Source: Candidatus Hydrogenedentota bacterium
GTDB lineage: Bacteria; Hydrogenedentota; Hydrogenedentia; Hydrogenedentales; SLHB01
Assembly: GCA_963745075.1 (NCBI GenBank)
Contig: CAVUWV010000006.1
Coordinates: 1 to 12,391, forward strand
DNA: 12,391 nt
Direction: 5' to 3'
Shown here: in pieces, positions 10,103 to 12,391 of the stretch
How the letters are laid out: every line of letters starts with the position of its first letter
Numbering within the stretch: the first letter of the stretch is position 1
Translations under genes and position numbers: made by a program
The notes under the pieces: model-generated
What the model saw: the letters and a program-made list of their open reading frames with translations, nothing else
Database searches by the model: none
What the model was told of the DNA's origin: nothing

Positions 10103-11452
10103 TTACAAATGATACGGGTGCCGTTGGGGACGGGCGAGCAGGCGGTTGGCGGCGTCGTCGTTGAGGACGCGGCGGTTCTTGCCGTCCCAATTCAGTTTTC
10201 GACCGAGTTGGTACGACAAGTTGCCGAGGACGCAGAGGTCCGCCACGCCGACGGCCGCGTCGATATTCATGATGGTCTTCTCGCCGGTCCGAATGCCGTT
10301 GAACCAATCTTCTTTGTGCCCGGGACTCTTGTAGACGTCCTTCGCGCCGGTCGGTGGTTCCCATTCGCGGCATTTGCGTTCGGCCCAGGTGCCGCCGTCG
10401 CCGCCCCAATGATGGAACGTGCCCTTGTCGCCGTGATACACGGCCCCATACCCCGGGCGCGTAATCGGATCTTCATCCGGGCCGCGCTCTTCCTTCGGCA
10501 CAGGATTCCCCGGTTGATTCCAGGTCAGGACCCAATCGGGATCCTTGAAGGTATAAGTCACGTTCATGTCGACGCAGGCGTCCCACAACCCCTTGTTCGG
10601 CGGGGTGCCCGTCGCCTCGACCGTGACGGGCCACGTGCCGTCGGCTTCCATCCAGTACATGGCACAGCTCATGACATGCGCGCCGCGGTCCCGAATCTGA
10701 CCGCCGCCGGATTCCATCAGCCAGCGGAAGACGCCGTGGCAATAGCGCTGGTTGTAGGGACGCCAATGAAGGGGTCCCAGCCACAGATCCCAGTCCAATT
10801 CGGGCGGCGGCTCGCTGTCCGGAACCGGGTTTTCGTCGGTCGGGCTCGCATAATGAAAGCAATCGACCCGATCGATGTGCCCGATAACTCCATTTGCAAG
10901 ATAACGATGGGCCAAGTACGCCTCGGGCTGTGAACGGCCTTGGGAACCGACCTGCACCGCGACGTGATTATCGTGCGCGGCCTTCATCATTGCAGTGCCT
11001 TCGTCGACGGTACAACACGCAGGTTTTTCGACGTAGACATGCTTGCCCGTTTCGCAGGCATGGACCATCTGGACGGCGTGCCAATGGTCCGGCGTCGCAA
11101 TGATAACGGCGTCGATATCGTTGCGGTCGAGAATATACCGGTAATCGCGATACGGCACGACCCCGGGCCCCGCCTTCTCGACGGCAGCGGCCAGACGAAC
11201 TTCGTCCGCGTCGCAAACGGCGGCAATACTCACGTCGCCCGACTCGACAAACCGCTTTATGTCGTTGAGGTGATACCCACCCATGCCGCCGACGCCGATG
11301 TGTGCAATGGTCAATCGATCGTTTGCGCCGGGCTTGCCCTCCGCTGCGAGCACACGGGACGGAATGATTGCCGGGATGCCGGCCGCAGCGCCGGCTGCCG
11401 CAAGAAACGAGCGCCGGGTAAGCGCGTTTCGTTGATTCGTTGATTTCTTCAT
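10103..11452 (-). CDS. Tat-exported Gfo/Idh/MocA family NAD(P)-dependent oxidoreductase, 449 aa
   Basis: ATG at 11452 with GAGGT RBS. Twin-arginine signal TRRSFLAAAGAAAG..PSRVLA. Rossmann motif IGVGGMG, AAVCDAD, DAVIIATPDHWHA, HVYVEKP, QVGSQGRS, LDWDLWLGP and DRGAH. Confidence 0.93.
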   Translation of the reverse strand: MKKSTNQRNALTRRSFLAAAGAAAGIPAIIPSRVLAAEGKPGANDRLTIAHIGVGGMGGYHLNDIKRFVESGDVSIAAVCDADEVRLAAAVEKAGPGVVPYRDYRYILDRNDIDAVIIATPDHWHAVQMVHACETGKHVYVEKPACCTVDEGTAMMKAAHDNHVAVQVGSQGRSQPEAYLAHRYLANGVIGHIDRVDCFHYASPTDENPVPDSEPPPELDWDLWLGPLHWRPYNQRYCHGVFRWLMESGGGQIRDRGAHVMSCAMYWMEADGTWPVTVEATGTPPNKGLWDACVDMNVTYTFKDPDWVLTWNQPGNPVPKEERGPDEDPITRPGYGAVYHGDKGTFHHWGGDGGTWAERKCREWEPPTGAKDVYKSPGHKEDWFNGIRTGEKTIMNIDAAVGVADLCVLGNLSYQLGRKLNWDGKNRRVLNDDAANRLLARPQRHPYHL

Positions 11453-11464
11453 GGAATACCTCAC

Positions 11465-12106
11465 TTACCCTTGTTGCGCTTGTTCGCTTGTGACGGGCGT
11501 AACGTTCGTCGACTTTGTCGGAACCAACTTCTGGCAGGGGAGTCCGGGAACCTCCACGCCGCGCTGCCGCAAGGATTGCGCGATATTGATTTTGAACTCA
11601 TCGGGCACGGTATCGAGGGCGGACTTCAGCGCGGCGAGCGACGCGTCACCGGGAATTCGTTCGAGCGTCATGCGCGCATCTTCGCGGAGATCGCCACTGG
11701 CGATCAGCGCCGCGACGGGTTCAACGCAGTCGTCTCCACCGACCTCCGATAGCATCCACAGAACGTCGCGACGAAGTTCGAGCGGTTGCGAATCATTGAG
11801 GAGATCGACCAACGCCGCCGCGACTGCCGCTCGTTCGGCGTCCGCTCCGGGACGCCCGCTCTGGCGAACGATCTGCCACATTCCACGTTTCGCGGCCCGC
11901 GAGATTTCCATGGGTTGTTCCGCGACGAGCACGGCCAGTGGTCCGACTGCCGCAGTGCCCACATCCGACGCACGCAGCCACGCCGCAGTACGTACGTCGT
12001 CATTGTCGCTCTTTATATCGGTCAAAAGGCTAGAGACGGCATCGTCTGCGGCCCCCTCTATGATTTGACCGAGTGCGGCGGGTTGCAGGTTGTTCACGGA
12101 CATCAT
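11465..12106 (-). CDS. HEAT/PBS-lyase repeat protein, 213 aa
   Basis: GAGGAGG RBS at about 12115-12122. Helical repeats DDVRTAAWLRA..VGTAAVGPL, LRRDVLWMLSEVGGDDCVEPVAALI, LREDARMTLERIPGDASLAALKSAL and KINIAQSLRQRG. No signal peptide. Ends 12 nt before the oxidoreductase start. Confidence 0.82.
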   Translation of the reverse strand: MMSVNNLQPAALGQIIEGAADDAVSSLLTDIKSDNDDVRTAAWLRASDVGTAAVGPLAVLVAEQPMEISRAAKRGMWQIVRQSGRPGADAERAAVAAALVDLLNDSQPLELRRDVLWMLSEVGGDDCVEPVAALIASGDLREDARMTLERIPGDASLAALKSALDTVPDEFKINIAQSLRQRGVEVPGLPCQKLVPTKSTNVTPVTSEQAQQG

Positions 12107-12204
12107 TACGAAGCCCTCCTCTCATACGGGCGCGGGAAAGCCCGAATTCGACGACCAACCGTCACCGCATAGCGGCGGAAAACGGTCGCAAGACTATGCG
12201 AGCG

Positions 12205-12233
12205 ATTGTAACGCCACGCCTATCAATTGCCAA
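12205..12233 (-). promoter_or_regulatory. Putative sigma70-type promoter of the HEAT-oxidoreductase unit
   Basis: -35 TTGGCA (12233-12228), 17-nt spacer and -10 TACAAT (12210-12205). Both boxes match consensus 5/6 with ideal spacing, about 100 nt upstream of the HEAT gene. Confidence 0.6.
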
Positions 12234-12242
12234 ATGGCGTCC

Positions 12243-12391
12243 CTACCCGCGGCTGGGATGCTTCCCCCACTCTTTCGCGCGGGCGGGGTCGTAGTCCGGG
12301 TTTGGAACCGGCATCTCCGCATCGACGGACTCACGCCACGCGGCGAGTTTCGCGCGTAGCGCCTCGGCACGTTCCGGAAACTGAGGCGCCA
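12243..12391 (-). CDS. C-terminal fragment of a probable sulfatase (gene starts beyond the window)
   Basis: Manual translation: (L)APQFPERAEALRAKLAAWRESVDAEMPVPNPDYDPARAKEWGKHPSRG, then TAG at 12243-12245. This fits the typical C-terminal pattern LA..P E....L...L..WR..V.A.MP.PNP.Y of bacterial formylglycine sulfatases. The catalytic motif is outside the window. Confidence 0.7.
   Translation of the reverse strand, partial: APQFPERAEALRAKLAAWRESVDAEMPVPNPDYDPARAKEWGKHPSRG

Noticed and set aside
12356..12389. GTAG followed by hairpin gcgcctcgg...ctgaggcgc, resembling another REP
   Set aside because: It lies inside the sulfatase coding frame and does not match the REP at 8344. Likely chance in GC-rich DNA.

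Overview
GC-rich bacterial DNA. The gene content looks like that of planctomycete- or Hydrogenedentota-type glycan degraders, but the taxonomy is inference only. All host genes lie on the minus strand and form a putative carbohydrate-catabolic cluster. In transcription order: 3' end of a sulfatase (not in the ORF track), HEAT-repeat protein, Tat-exported Gfo/Idh/MocA oxidoreductase, small low-GC membrane protein, secreted ThuA-like protein, sodium:solute symporter, two tandem secreted beta-propeller glycoside-hydrolase-like paralogues, an N-terminally short class I PLP aminotransferase, and an enolase-superfamily acid-sugar dehydratase. An intact IS630 element (8377-9553, TA duplication) on the plus strand sits in the 10-nt spacer of a perfect 25-bp GTAG-type REP inverted doublet. 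Two other REP-like palindrome types are present. Single-base frameshifts increase steeply toward the left end, which most likely reflects long-read consensus error rather than gene decay.
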